36,881 nucleotides of DNA, taken from Candidatus Firestoneibacteriota bacterium. GTDB taxonomy: Bacteria; Oederibacteriota; D2-FULL-39-29; JBBTED01. Positions 20,553 to 29,026 of the stretch are shown here, in pieces. Where the stretch lies: NCBI GenBank assembly GCA_038042445.1, contig JBBTED010000077.1, forward strand, positions 1 through 36,881, written 5' to 3'. Numbering within the stretch: position 1 is the first letter of the stretch; every line of letters begins with the position of its first letter. The position numbers were made by a program, and so were the translations under genes. Under the pieces are notes generated by a model. The model was not told where the DNA came from. It ran no database searches and worked only from the letters and a program-made list of their open reading frames with translations.

Positions 20553-21758
20553 TTACTTGTTATCTATCTGATGTATATTGCAGAATAAACTACCTTTATA
20601 TAATTTAATTTGAAGCTCATCGCCTATTTTAACAGGAGAAGTTTCAGTGATTAAAGATTTCTCAGGTAATTTTAAACATATACTATATCCACGTTCTAAA
20701 ATATGAAGCGGACTCAAAACATTTATTTGAGATACTACACTGGAAAGGCTTTTATTTTTACGCTCCAGATTAACTTTAACATTTTTATATAATTGAGAAA
20801 ATATATCATCAACCTCTTGCTGAAAATCATAAATCCTATCCAAAAACTGAGTAAAAATTGTTCTGGAGCTAAAAAACTCAAGTGTTTTACGTACATTTTC
20901 AAAAATAGAAGCAAATGCATTTTGCAATCTCAATTTTGAAGTTTCAACAATTTTAACTAAATCCTCTTTATTTTGCACTACTAATTCAGCAGCAGCAGAA
21001 GGAGTTGGAGCACGCAAATCTGCAACAAAATCTGCAATTGTAAAATCTATTTCATGACCTACTGCTGAAATTACTGGAATTTTTGAATTGTATATTGCCC
21101 GTGCTACGATTTCCTCATTAAAAGACCATAAATCTTCAATTGAACCTCCACCTCTACCAACTATAAGCACATCAAACCCTGAAAATTCATTAATATCATC
21201 CAATGCCTGTGCTATCTCTTCTGCAGCACCTTCACCCTGAACTCTCACTGGATATATCACTATGTGTACATTAGAAAATCTACGTGAGATTATTTTTAAA
21301 ATATCACGTATAGCTGCACCAGTAGGTGAAGTAATTACTCCAATTTTTTTAGGGATACGTGGAATAGGACGTTTTCGTGATTCATCAAACAACCCTTCTT
21401 TACTTAATTTTTCCTTAAGTTGTTCAAAAGCAAGTTGAAGTGCACCTAATCCTGCAGGCTCTACATAGTCAACAATTAATTGCATCTCACCGCTTGCTTT
21501 ATAAACATTTATCCTGCCATGCACAATAACTTTAATACCATTTTCCAAGGAAAACTTTAATTGTTTTCCAACATCTTTAAATATCACAGATTTTATCTGG
21601 CTATTTTCATCTTTTAATGAGCAATATATATGTCCAGAAGGTGATTCTTTTAAATTAGACATTTCCCCTTCAAGCCAAACATCTGGAAATTTACTACTTA
21701 ACGTTTCAGATATTTCCTTAATTAATTCAGTTACTTTATATATTTGTATATTTTCCAT
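20553..21758 (-). CDS. xseA: Exodeoxyribonuclease VII large subunit
   Basis: VWLEGEMSN, SGHIY.SLKD, ITSPTGAAIRD, GRGGGSIEDLWSFNEE, SAVGHEIDFTIADFVAD.RAPTPSAAAE. Confidence 0.97.
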   Translation of the reverse strand: MENIQIYKVTELIKEISETLSSKFPDVWLEGEMSNLKESPSGHIYCSLKDENSQIKSVIFKDVGKQLKFSLENGIKVIVHGRINVYKASGEMQLIVDYVEPAGLGALQLAFEQLKEKLSKEGLFDESRKRPIPRIPKKIGVITSPTGAAIRDILKIISRRFSNVHIVIYPVRVQGEGAAEEIAQALDDINEFSGFDVLIVGRGGGSIEDLWSFNEEIVARAIYNSKIPVISAVGHEIDFTIADFVADLRAPTPSAAAELVVQNKEDLVKIVETSKLRLQNAFASIFENVRKTLEFFSSRTIFTQFLDRIYDFQQEVDDIFSQLYKNVKVNLERKNKSLSSVVSQINVLSPLHILERGYSICLKLPEKSLITETSPVKIGDELQIKLYKGSLFCNIHQIDNK

Positions 21759-21812
21759 AATTATATAATTGGTAAATATGTAGATACAGAGATTGTAATG
21801 CTTAGCGCAAAC

Positions 21813-21841
21813 TAATATCGTTGCCTTACGGCAACCGCTAC
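21813..21841 (-). repeat. GTAG-tagged REP (family B), copy 2
   Basis: Identical 29 nt to 16747-16775. Confidence 0.85.
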
Positions 21842-21878
21842 ATTAATTTTACGTTTTTCGCTTTGCACTTTGCGTTTT

Positions 21879-22334
21879 TTATAGATGCTCTTTTTTTGCC
21901 TTACAGGTAATACAAAGACTTGCAAAAGGAATAGCTTCTAATCTCGCTTTACTAATAAATTTACCGCAGGAATCACAAATGCCGTATGTCCCATCATCTA
22001 TTCTTTTAAGAGAAAGCTCTACATCATCAATGTATTTACGCTCAGTATCAGTAACACCATATATAAATTCACTTTCATATGAATCAGATGCCATATCTGC
22101 AAAATCTTTAACCCCTTCATTATATGTTTCTTTCCCGTCTTCACTTCTCCTTTTAACTTCATCTAATAAATCTTTTTTCTTATCTATCAAAAGATTTTTA
22201 AAAAACTTAAGACTCTGCTTTGGCATCTGCTTTTTTTTAGCAATTTTTGATTTTGTTTTCCTTTTTAATTTACTCTTCGTCTTTGTCGAAATCTTTGCAA
22301 TCTTTTTCCTCTTCATGCTCTTTCGTTTCTTCAT
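21879..22334 (-). CDS. DksA/TraR family C4 zinc-finger protein with Lys-rich N-terminus
   Basis: DFADMASD coiled-coil tip; GTYGICDSCG...RLEAIPFASLCITC. Confidence 0.9.
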   Translation of the reverse strand: MKKRKSMKRKKIAKISTKTKSKLKRKTKSKIAKKKQMPKQSLKFFKNLLIDKKKDLLDEVKRRSEDGKETYNEGVKDFADMASDSYESEFIYGVTDTERKYIDDVELSLKRIDDGTYGICDSCGKFISKARLEAIPFASLCITCKAKKEHL

Positions 22335-22411
22335 TTTTATCTCCTTCTATAGTCTACAAGTCTATAGTTTTTTTATGGTCTACTGTCTGAGATTCTTCAC
22401 TTCGTTCAGAA

Positions 22412-22448
22412 TAAATCAAGCCAAATATACAAAATTTGGCTTGATTTA
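22412..22448 (-). terminator. 15-bp inverted repeat at the decarboxylase stop, possible terminator
   Basis: TAAATCAAGCCAAAT-7 nt-ATTTGGCTTGATTTA. Confidence 0.5.
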
Positions 22449-23936
22449 ATTTAATAACGGCTGAACACCCTCTTTCCAAACCACTTTAATAGTTTGCATT
22501 TTTTTATCATCCTGACCATTAATCCGAGCTCCAACATTATTTAACTCATACAAATAATCGTATATTTCACGTGTAATTCGCTCCCCAGGCACCAAAATTG
22601 GAATACCAGGTGGATATGGTGAAACCACCTCTGCACTTACAGCACCAATTGCATCCTTAAATGGCACTTTTTTTGTCATAGAAAACGCAGCATCACGCGG
22701 ATTCATAGCTATCTGAGCAGAGAAATTTGGCCATACAATATTCTTAGTCATATTTTGGGAACTGATACTACATTTTTTTTCTACATTTGTCAATCCTGAA
22801 ATTAACCTCTTTATATCTTTTTTTGTATTTCCTATAGTCACAATTGCAAGCATATTAACAAAATCAGCAGATTCCATTTGCACCTCATATTCTTTATTTA
22901 ATATCTTTGATGTTTCATAGGCTGAAATTCCAGTTTTGCAAACATTTATTGTTAATTTTGTGCTATCAATTCCATAAATACTATTTTGGTTTATCATTTC
23001 TTTCCCGAAACAAGAAATTAATTTCATTTGGTTTATTTTAATCCTTGCTGTATTTGCTAAATCTATAGCATGGCTAAGCATATTCTTACCATACAATGCC
23101 ATCTGCATACGTGCCACATCTAAAGCTGACATCAATATATATGAAGGACTTGTTGTCTGAATTAATTGCAAAATTCTCTTCAATTTTAATATATCTACAG
23201 TTTTTCGCGCATGCAACATTGAAGCTTGTGTTAAACCTGAAATTATTTTATGTGTACTTTGAACAATTATATCTGCTCCAGCTTCTATCGCAGATATAGG
23301 AAGATCAGGATGAAATTTTAAATGTGGACCATGTGCTTCATCAACAAGTAATATTTTTTTATAGCTATGCACTATTTCTGCGATTTTTTTAATATCAGCT
23401 ACAATACCATTATATGTAGGACTTGTTATTAATACTGCTTTAGCATCAGGATTTTCACCCAATGCTTTGCTTACCTGCTCTGGAGTAATGTTACATATAA
23501 TATTTAATTCTTTATTTATTTCTGGTTGCAAATAAATAGGTTCAGCACCACTTAAAATAACACCTGCTATAACAGATTTATGTGCATTTCTCGGAATAAC
23601 AATCTTATCACCAGGCATACAAGTCGCTAATATCATAGCATGATTGCCACAGCTTGTACCATTAACCAGAAAAAATGAATAATCACTTCCATACGCTTCT
23701 GATGCAAGCCGTTGAGCTTCTTTTATAACACCACGGGGATCATGCAAGGAATCTACTTCTTCAAGGAGAGTTAAATCAATATCAAAAATGCGGGAACCAA
23801 CAAATTCACGAAATTTTTTATCTATACCAGTCCCATGTTTATGCCCTGGAGTATGGAAGGAAACTTTTTTCTTCTTTGCGTATCGGACAACTGCATCATA
23901 AAGAGGCGTACGTGACTGACGTTCGTAATAATCCAC
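22446..23936 (-). CDS. PLP-dependent Arg/Lys/Orn decarboxylase (class I/II fold, Bacillus SpeA/YaaO-like)
   Basis: SFHTPGHKHG, FLVNGTS, PRNAHKS, VDEAHG, QSTHK, TTSPSY, PYPPGIP; GTG start; near speD. Confidence 0.93.
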   Translation of the reverse strand: MDYYERQSRTPLYDAVVRYAKKKKVSFHTPGHKHGTGIDKKFREFVGSRIFDIDLTLLEEVDSLHDPRGVIKEAQRLASEAYGSDYSFFLVNGTSCGNHAMILATCMPGDKIVIPRNAHKSVIAGVILSGAEPIYLQPEINKELNIICNITPEQVSKALGENPDAKAVLITSPTYNGIVADIKKIAEIVHSYKKILLVDEAHGPHLKFHPDLPISAIEAGADIIVQSTHKIISGLTQASMLHARKTVDILKLKRILQLIQTTSPSYILMSALDVARMQMALYGKNMLSHAIDLANTARIKINQMKLISCFGKEMINQNSIYGIDSTKLTINVCKTGISAYETSKILNKEYEVQMESADFVNMLAIVTIGNTKKDIKRLISGLTNVEKKCSISSQNMTKNIVWPNFSAQIAMNPRDAAFSMTKKVPFKDAIGAVSAEVVSPYPPGIPILVPGERITREIYDYLYELNNVGARINGQDDKKMQTIKVVWKEGVQPLLN

Positions 23937-23962
23937 TTTACGATATCACACTCCACATAATA

Positions 23963-24193
23963 TTAAATTTTAGTATATTCATTATAAACATATTCATCAA
24001 TTTTTGCAGATTACAATCTTCCATCTTTAAAAAGACGTTTTCCAAATTCGTTTGTTTCAACTATCTCAAAAGTTTGAAAAGGTGTTTTGAAAATTACAAT
24101 GTATTTTTTAATGTTATGCATATTGGATTCATAAGGACTAATGAATTCTATTATCCAGTGGTTATTTTTAGCATCAATACCAGAATTTATCAT
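23963..24193 (-). pseudogene. speE: Truncated spermidine synthase / aminopropyltransferase remnant
   Basis: KTPFQTFEIVETNEFGKRLFKDGRL*SAKIDEYVYNE matches the SpeE N-terminus; internal TAA at 24011-24013 and second stop at 23963; located between speD and the decarboxylase. Confidence 0.85.
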
Positions 24194-24223
24194 TTTTGGG
24201 AATTCTATACTTATCGAAGAAAA

Positions 24224-24282
24224 ACACTATATCTTTGTATTATCTTATCCACAACCACAAACTATAGTAGTAGATATGGTGC
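24224..24282. promoter_or_regulatory. Degenerate tandem NrdR-box-like motifs surrounding a perfect DnaA box
   Basis: ACACTATATCTTTGTA (24224), TTATCCACA (24245-24253), CCACAAACTATAGTAG (24255), AGATATGGTG (24272-24281). Confidence 0.4.
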
Positions 24283-24317
24283 TTAATCTTCCTAAAATAC
24301 TTAAACTTATTCTTGGC

Positions 24318-24698
24318 TTAAGGCTTGTGTTTTAACTTTCCATCGGGAACATTTAATGTGCCTCGCTTCAACTCAATAGCAGTCATATTTTTTGCTTTAA
24401 GTTTGCGATAGACATATTTATGTGCAACCCATGGATCTATTTCTTCACCACAAGTGAAGAAATCTAATGCCGCATATTTATGTTCTGGCCATGTGTGTAT
24501 TGAAAAATGGGATTCAGCTATCACAACAACTCCACTAACTCCATGTGGATTAAATTTGTGAAATACCACTTCCACTATTGTTGCTTTAGCTTTCTTTACG
24601 GCATCAGTCAGAATATTCTGTATGCGATCATAATCATTCAAGACCTTAGCATCACAATCATAAAGTTCTACCAAGATGTGACGCCCAAGCGATTTCAA
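24318..24698 (-). CDS. speD: S-adenosylmethionine decarboxylase proenzyme
   Basis: LGRHILVELYDC, HKFNPHGVSGVVVIAESHFSIHTWPE, DFFTCG; TTG start after a GGGGGTG SD. Confidence 0.95.
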   Translation of the reverse strand: MKSLGRHILVELYDCDAKVLNDYDRIQNILTDAVKKAKATIVEVVFHKFNPHGVSGVVVIAESHFSIHTWPEHKYAALDFFTCGEEIDPWVAHKYVYRKLKAKNMTAIELKRGTLNVPDGKLKHKP

Positions 24699-24742
24699 CT
24701 ATTTTCTCACCCCCTTTTAGATTAAAACTTTTCTTAGTAAAA

Positions 24743-24770
24743 AATATAGCAGATTTTTTGAAAATGTCAA
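24743..24770 (-). promoter_or_regulatory. Sigma70-type promoter for speD
   Basis: TTGACA-16 bp-TATATT with TGn extension. Confidence 0.65.
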
Positions 24771-24798
24771 GTGTTAGGAATATTTATTTTAAAAATTT

Positions 24799-24834
24799 AT
24801 TCCCTCCCTGATAAGGGAGGGTTAGGGTGGGTTT
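24799..24834. repeat. CCCTCCC..GGGAGGG palindromic repeat (same family as 15098)
   Basis: TCCCTCCCTGATAAGGGAGGGTTAGGGTGGGTTT. Confidence 0.7.
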
Positions 24835-26101
24835 AAATTTTAGAGATTTTAATTTTGTGAATTTGCCGTTTATCAGAATCTATTATAATAAATTTCAAAT
24901 TTTTATATTTAATTTCTTCACCTTTTTTGGGGATACGTCCCATAAGATGGACAACAAAACCTCCTAATGTAGTAATTGTATCATCACTAACTAATTCAAC
25001 TTTTAATTCTCTTGCAATATCATCTATGGGTATAGATGCATCAGCATTAATATTTCCATCATTTAAATATTCAATGTGCCTTTCATCAGTATCATACTCA
25101 TCTCTAATTTCACCAATTATTTCTTCCATTAAATTTTCCAAAGTCACAAGCCCTGATATACCACCAAATTCATCTACAACAATTGCCATATGAATTTTCC
25201 CTTTTTGAAACTCTTTTAACAATTCACTTACTTTTTTTGTCTCAGGTATAAAATATGGTTGCCTTATTACATCCTGTAAAATAATAAGCTCCATATTTTT
25301 CCATAAGTTCAAAAGATCTTTTGCATATAAAATCCCAATTATATTGTCAAGATTATTTATATATACAGGTAATCTGGTAAATCCTTCTTTTACAACATTA
25401 TCTAAAATTTTATCTATATTATCTTTCATATTTATACATACCATTTGTGTTCTTGGAACCATAACTTCTCTTACTACAGTGTCTCCAAAATCAAAAATAC
25501 TATGTATCATACGACGTTCATCTTCCTGTAAAACCCCCTCTTCTGCTCCCACTTTAAGCATTGCTCGGATTTCTTCTTCTGTAGTTATAGTTAATTTTTT
25601 AACTGGTTCCTGACCTATTAATTTAAGTAAAGCATTTGCAATAGCTGTAAATATATTAGTGAAAGGCGCAATCCTATTGTCAAACCAAACTAATGGTTTT
25701 ATCATAAATAAAGTTATTTTTTCAGGGCTATGAATTGCAATAATTTTAGGTGCTACTTCTCCAAATATAATTATTATCAAAGTAATAAACATTGCAGTAA
25801 CTGTTCCTATTATCCAACGTGGCAACATATAAGTTTCTGCTATTCTAATTGCTATAAAAGAGCCTACAGCCGAAGATGATATAGCTACAGTATTTATCCC
25901 TATTAAAATAGTAGTTAATAATTTATTTGGGTCAGTTAACCATACACTTAATGCTTTTGCTTTATTTGGATATTGATCCATTAATGTTTTAATTTTTACT
26001 TTAGATAAAGCAACTAATGCTGTTTCTATTGCAGAAAAAAATGCGGCAGAAACAAAAAGCACTACCAATAATAAAAATTCAAATATTAAACCAATATCCA
26101 T
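24833..26101 (-). CDS. Hemolysin/CNNM (DUF21-CBS-CorC) family membrane protein
   Basis: FFSAIETA, IFGEVAPK, VREVMVPR, FTRLPVY, AIVVDEFGG.SGLVTLENLMEEIIGEIRDEYD. Confidence 0.95.
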   Translation of the reverse strand: MDIGLIFEFLLLVVLFVSAAFFSAIETALVALSKVKIKTLMDQYPNKAKALSVWLTDPNKLLTTILIGINTVAISSSAVGSFIAIRIAETYMLPRWIIGTVTAMFITLIIIIFGEVAPKIIAIHSPEKITLFMIKPLVWFDNRIAPFTNIFTAIANALLKLIGQEPVKKLTITTEEEIRAMLKVGAEEGVLQEDERRMIHSIFDFGDTVVREVMVPRTQMVCINMKDNIDKILDNVVKEGFTRLPVYINNLDNIIGILYAKDLLNLWKNMELIILQDVIRQPYFIPETKKVSELLKEFQKGKIHMAIVVDEFGGISGLVTLENLMEEIIGEIRDEYDTDERHIEYLNDGNINADASIPIDDIARELKVELVSDDTITTLGGFVVHLMGRIPKKGEEIKYKNLKFIIIDSDKRQIHKIKISKI

Positions 26102-26108
26102 ATTATCC

Positions 26109-26816
26109 TCACCAAAAAATTTGAGAAATAGCAGTTGTTATAAGTATTCCAATTAAAGCTCCAACTATCACTTCCCAAATATTGTGTATTCCTGTTTTTA
26201 ATCTGGTTTGTCCCACAAGCAACGCCAGTAAAAAAGTTAAGAACGAAATAAAAAAATCCATAGCTATAAAAACTATAACAGACCAAATTGCAAATGCTAC
26301 AGCAGTATGTCCACTTGGCATACCACCTTCCATTGGTGTACCTTTTCTAAAATATGTTTTAATAGCCAGCACTACAAAAACTACCAGGAATAAAATTATA
26401 AATGCAATGTGTGGAGGTGCCTGCTTTATTATTGTCAAACCAGACACTAAAGAAATATCAATTTTTGAATAAAATATTAAATATCCTGTTACTATGGCAT
26501 TTACACTTGCTATTAAAACTGCTCCTGCTAATATATCTTTAATTATTCTAACCACAGGATGATACGAATCTTTTATAATATTTACTACTAATTCTGCGGC
26601 AGTATTTATCATTTCTATTGCTAAAACAAGAGTAATTGCAAAACCAAGAAGAATTAATTCTGATTTCGTAACATTTAAAAGAAAACCTGCAATTAATACA
26701 ATTACAGCAGCTATAAAATGAATACGCATACTCCTCTGAGTTTTTAAAACATAAATTATACCTTCTATGGCATTATTAAAACTTATAAAAATTTTTCTTA
26801 CTTTAGATTTAGACAC
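26109..26816 (-). CDS. dgkA: Diacylglycerol/undecaprenol kinase fused to a PAP2 phosphatase domain
   Basis: SFNNAIEGI, EMINTAAE, KDILAGAVL, then GGMPSGHTA and RLKTGIHNIWEV. Confidence 0.88.
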   Translation of the reverse strand: MSKSKVRKIFISFNNAIEGIIYVLKTQRSMRIHFIAAVIVLIAGFLLNVTKSELILLGFAITLVLAIEMINTAAELVVNIIKDSYHPVVRIIKDILAGAVLIASVNAIVTGYLIFYSKIDISLVSGLTIIKQAPPHIAFIILFLVVFVVLAIKTYFRKGTPMEGGMPSGHTAVAFAIWSVIVFIAMDFFISFLTFLLALLVGQTRLKTGIHNIWEVIVGALIGILITTAISQIFW

Positions 26817-27268
26817 AGTTTTTTCTCCATCCGCCTCATAATTTTATTATCTTTTTCTTTAATATGATCATATCCCAATAAATGCAAAATCCCATGCGAT
26901 AACAATAATTTCATTTCACCCATAAAATCCTGCTCATTTTGAAGAGCTTGCTTTAAAGCAGTTTCAGCTGAAATTACTATATCACCCAAAACAACTACTT
27001 TATAAATTCCCCCTTTAACAAAGGGAGTAGGGAGATTTCCTATATCCTGAGGAAACGCTAAAACATCTGTAGGATAATTTTTACCACGATATCTTAAATT
27101 TAGCTCTTTAATTTGTTTATCTGTTACTATTGTAATACTAAGCTCAGATGACTTGGCATACACAGATAAAAGCATTTGAGTTGCAATATCTCTAATATCT
27201 TTAATTTTTATATTAATTTTTTTTTGAGAATCACTTACTAATACTTTTATTTTTTGATTTTTCATATT
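26798..27268 (-). CDS. ybeY: rRNA maturation RNase YbeY
   Basis: LNLRYRGKNYPTDVLAFP, LGDIVIS, HGILHLLGYDH; exact start uncertain (27268-27280). Confidence 0.95.
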   Translation of the reverse strand, partial: NMKNQKIKVLVSDSQKKINIKIKDIRDIATQMLLSVYAKSSELSITIVTDKQIKELNLRYRGKNYPTDVLAFPQDIGNLPTPFVKGGIYKVVVLGDIVISAETALKQALQNEQDFMGEMKLLLSHGILHLLGYDHIKEKDNKIMRRMEKKLCLNLK

Positions 27269-28256
27269 TTTCATACGCATTAATTATTTCCTGTACAATT
27301 TCATGACGCACTACATCAGTACTTGAAAAATGCACAAATTTTATTCCGGATATATCTTTAAAAATATTTTGCACCTGAATAAGTCCTGATAATTTATCAC
27401 GAGGCAAATCAATTTGTGTCACATCACCAGTTATAACTGCTTTTGAATCAAAACCCAATCTTGTTAAAAACATTTTCATCTGTTCAGGTGTAGTATTTTG
27501 TGCTTCATCTAAAATTACAAATGCATTATTAAGTGTTCTGCCGCGCATATATGCAAGTGGCGCTATTTCTATTATACCACGAGACAATAGATTTTGAAAT
27601 TGATCCACATCCATCATATCATAAAGTGCATCGTAAAGCGGTCTCAAATAAGGATCAACTTTCTCCTGAAAAGTTCCAGGTAAAAACCCAAGTTTTTCAC
27701 CCGCCTCCACAGCTGGTCTTACTAAAATAATACGCGCCACTTTTCTTTCTATTAATGAAGCTACTGCCTTTGCCATTGCAAGATAAGTTTTACCAGTCCC
27801 AGCAGGACCTATAGCAAAAACTATATCGTATCTTTCCATAGCTTTTATATATTTGTGTTGACCGCTTGTCTTTGCCTTTATGTATCGCTTACGTGACGGA
27901 ACAGGTATTGCTTCTGAAATATTCTTCAACAACTCACTATTCTCACTTTGTAACAATGACTTGCCTTTAGAATTTACTATATCAATTGTTTGCAAAACAA
28001 TCTGTTTATCTATATTTTCACCATTTTGTATTCTTTTTTTTAATTCAAAAAATAATTTGCAAACTTTATCAACATTTTCTTTATTACCTTTTATTTTAAT
28101 TCCATTCCCCCGAGCAGTTAATTTTATAGGAAATGTATCCTCAAGAATCGTCAAATTCTCATCATTTTCTCCAAATAACTGCAATACTTCAGCATTACTT
28201 TCAAAAGAAATCTTTCTTATATAACCCATTGATTTTTCCATCGTCTTATCTAACAT
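27231..28256 (-). CDS. phoH: PhoH family ATPase
   Basis: GPAGTGKTYLA, RPAVEAGEKLGFLPG, LAYMRGRTL, LDEAQN, GDVTQIDLP; start may be a downstream ATG. Confidence 0.95.
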   Translation of the reverse strand: MLDKTMEKSMGYIRKISFESNAEVLQLFGENDENLTILEDTFPIKLTARGNGIKIKGNKENVDKVCKLFFELKKRIQNGENIDKQIVLQTIDIVNSKGKSLLQSENSELLKNISEAIPVPSRKRYIKAKTSGQHKYIKAMERYDIVFAIGPAGTGKTYLAMAKAVASLIERKVARIILVRPAVEAGEKLGFLPGTFQEKVDPYLRPLYDALYDMMDVDQFQNLLSRGIIEIAPLAYMRGRTLNNAFVILDEAQNTTPEQMKMFLTRLGFDSKAVITGDVTQIDLPRDKLSGLIQVQNIFKDISGIKFVHFSSTDVVRHEIVQEIINAYEKYEKSKNKSISK

Positions 28257-29025
28257 CCATTATTTTATGAACTTGTGGTATTATTCGTACATCCGTCAAT
28301 TGTGACTTTGCGATTACATACCAATTCAAAAGCTGTTTTAAAGTAGGAAATTTTTTAATCCCTGTTTTCACAGGAACAAGTTTTATTGTGCCTTTTGGAG
28401 TAGCCGGCTGTAAAACCAAAGGCACATTACAATTTACTTTAGAAATAATTTGTACGCATTTCTTAATATCACAGTTTAAAGTATATGGCGTAACAATTGT
28501 TTTCACAAAAGTATTCTTTTTACTTGCAATTCTTAAAAATTCTAAATGTTTTTCCCATAAACCATTTATTCCTGTTGAAGAAGGAAGTTTCATATCCATT
28601 GATATAATGTCTACATCGTTTATAACATATTTCAATTCCTTACTTAAAATTCCATTTGTTTCAAGATATATTTTAAATCCTTCTTTTTTAAAAATAGGGG
28701 ATATTGTTTTTAGAAATTTGGCTTGTAATAATGGCTCACCACCTGTAAAAACTACTGTATTGTATAAATTTTTGGGGTTATTAAAAAATCTAATGGTTTT
28801 AACAACGTCTGGAATTGTTCGCAGATTCTTATTGGTAAAATTATTGTTTTTCGTGTCGCAATAGATACAGGATAGATTACACCCACACAAACGTACAAAT
28901 AACTGAGGTTTACCTACATATATTCCTTCACCTTGAATTGAAGAAAATATCTCTGATATCCATGCACCTGGCAACGAAAATGTATTTTGTGGCAATCTCT
29001 TGCCACTTCGCAATGATTTATTCAC
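28246..29025 (-). CDS. queE: 7-carboxy-7-deazaguanine synthase (radical SAM)
   Basis: EIFSSIQGEG, FVRLCGCNLSCIYCDT, FTGGEPLLQ, LETNG, RIIPQVHK. Confidence 0.9.
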   Translation of the reverse strand: MNKSLRSGKRLPQNTFSLPGAWISEIFSSIQGEGIYVGKPQLFVRLCGCNLSCIYCDTKNNNFTNKNLRTIPDVVKTIRFFNNPKNLYNTVVFTGGEPLLQAKFLKTISPIFKKEGFKIYLETNGILSKELKYVINDVDIISMDMKLPSSTGINGLWEKHLEFLRIASKKNTFVKTIVTPYTLNCDIKKCVQIISKVNCNVPLVLQPATPKGTIKLVPVKTGIKKFPTLKQLLNWYVIAKSQLTDVRIIPQVHKIMDVR

Positions 29026-29026
29026 T

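Noticed and set aside
24011..24013. Stop-codon reassignment or readthrough in speE
   Set aside because: TAA terminates many intact genes here, and the gene is truncated 16 codons later regardless.
24245..24253. Replication origin
   Set aside because: Only one DnaA box seen, no dnaA/dnaN context and no change in gene orientation.
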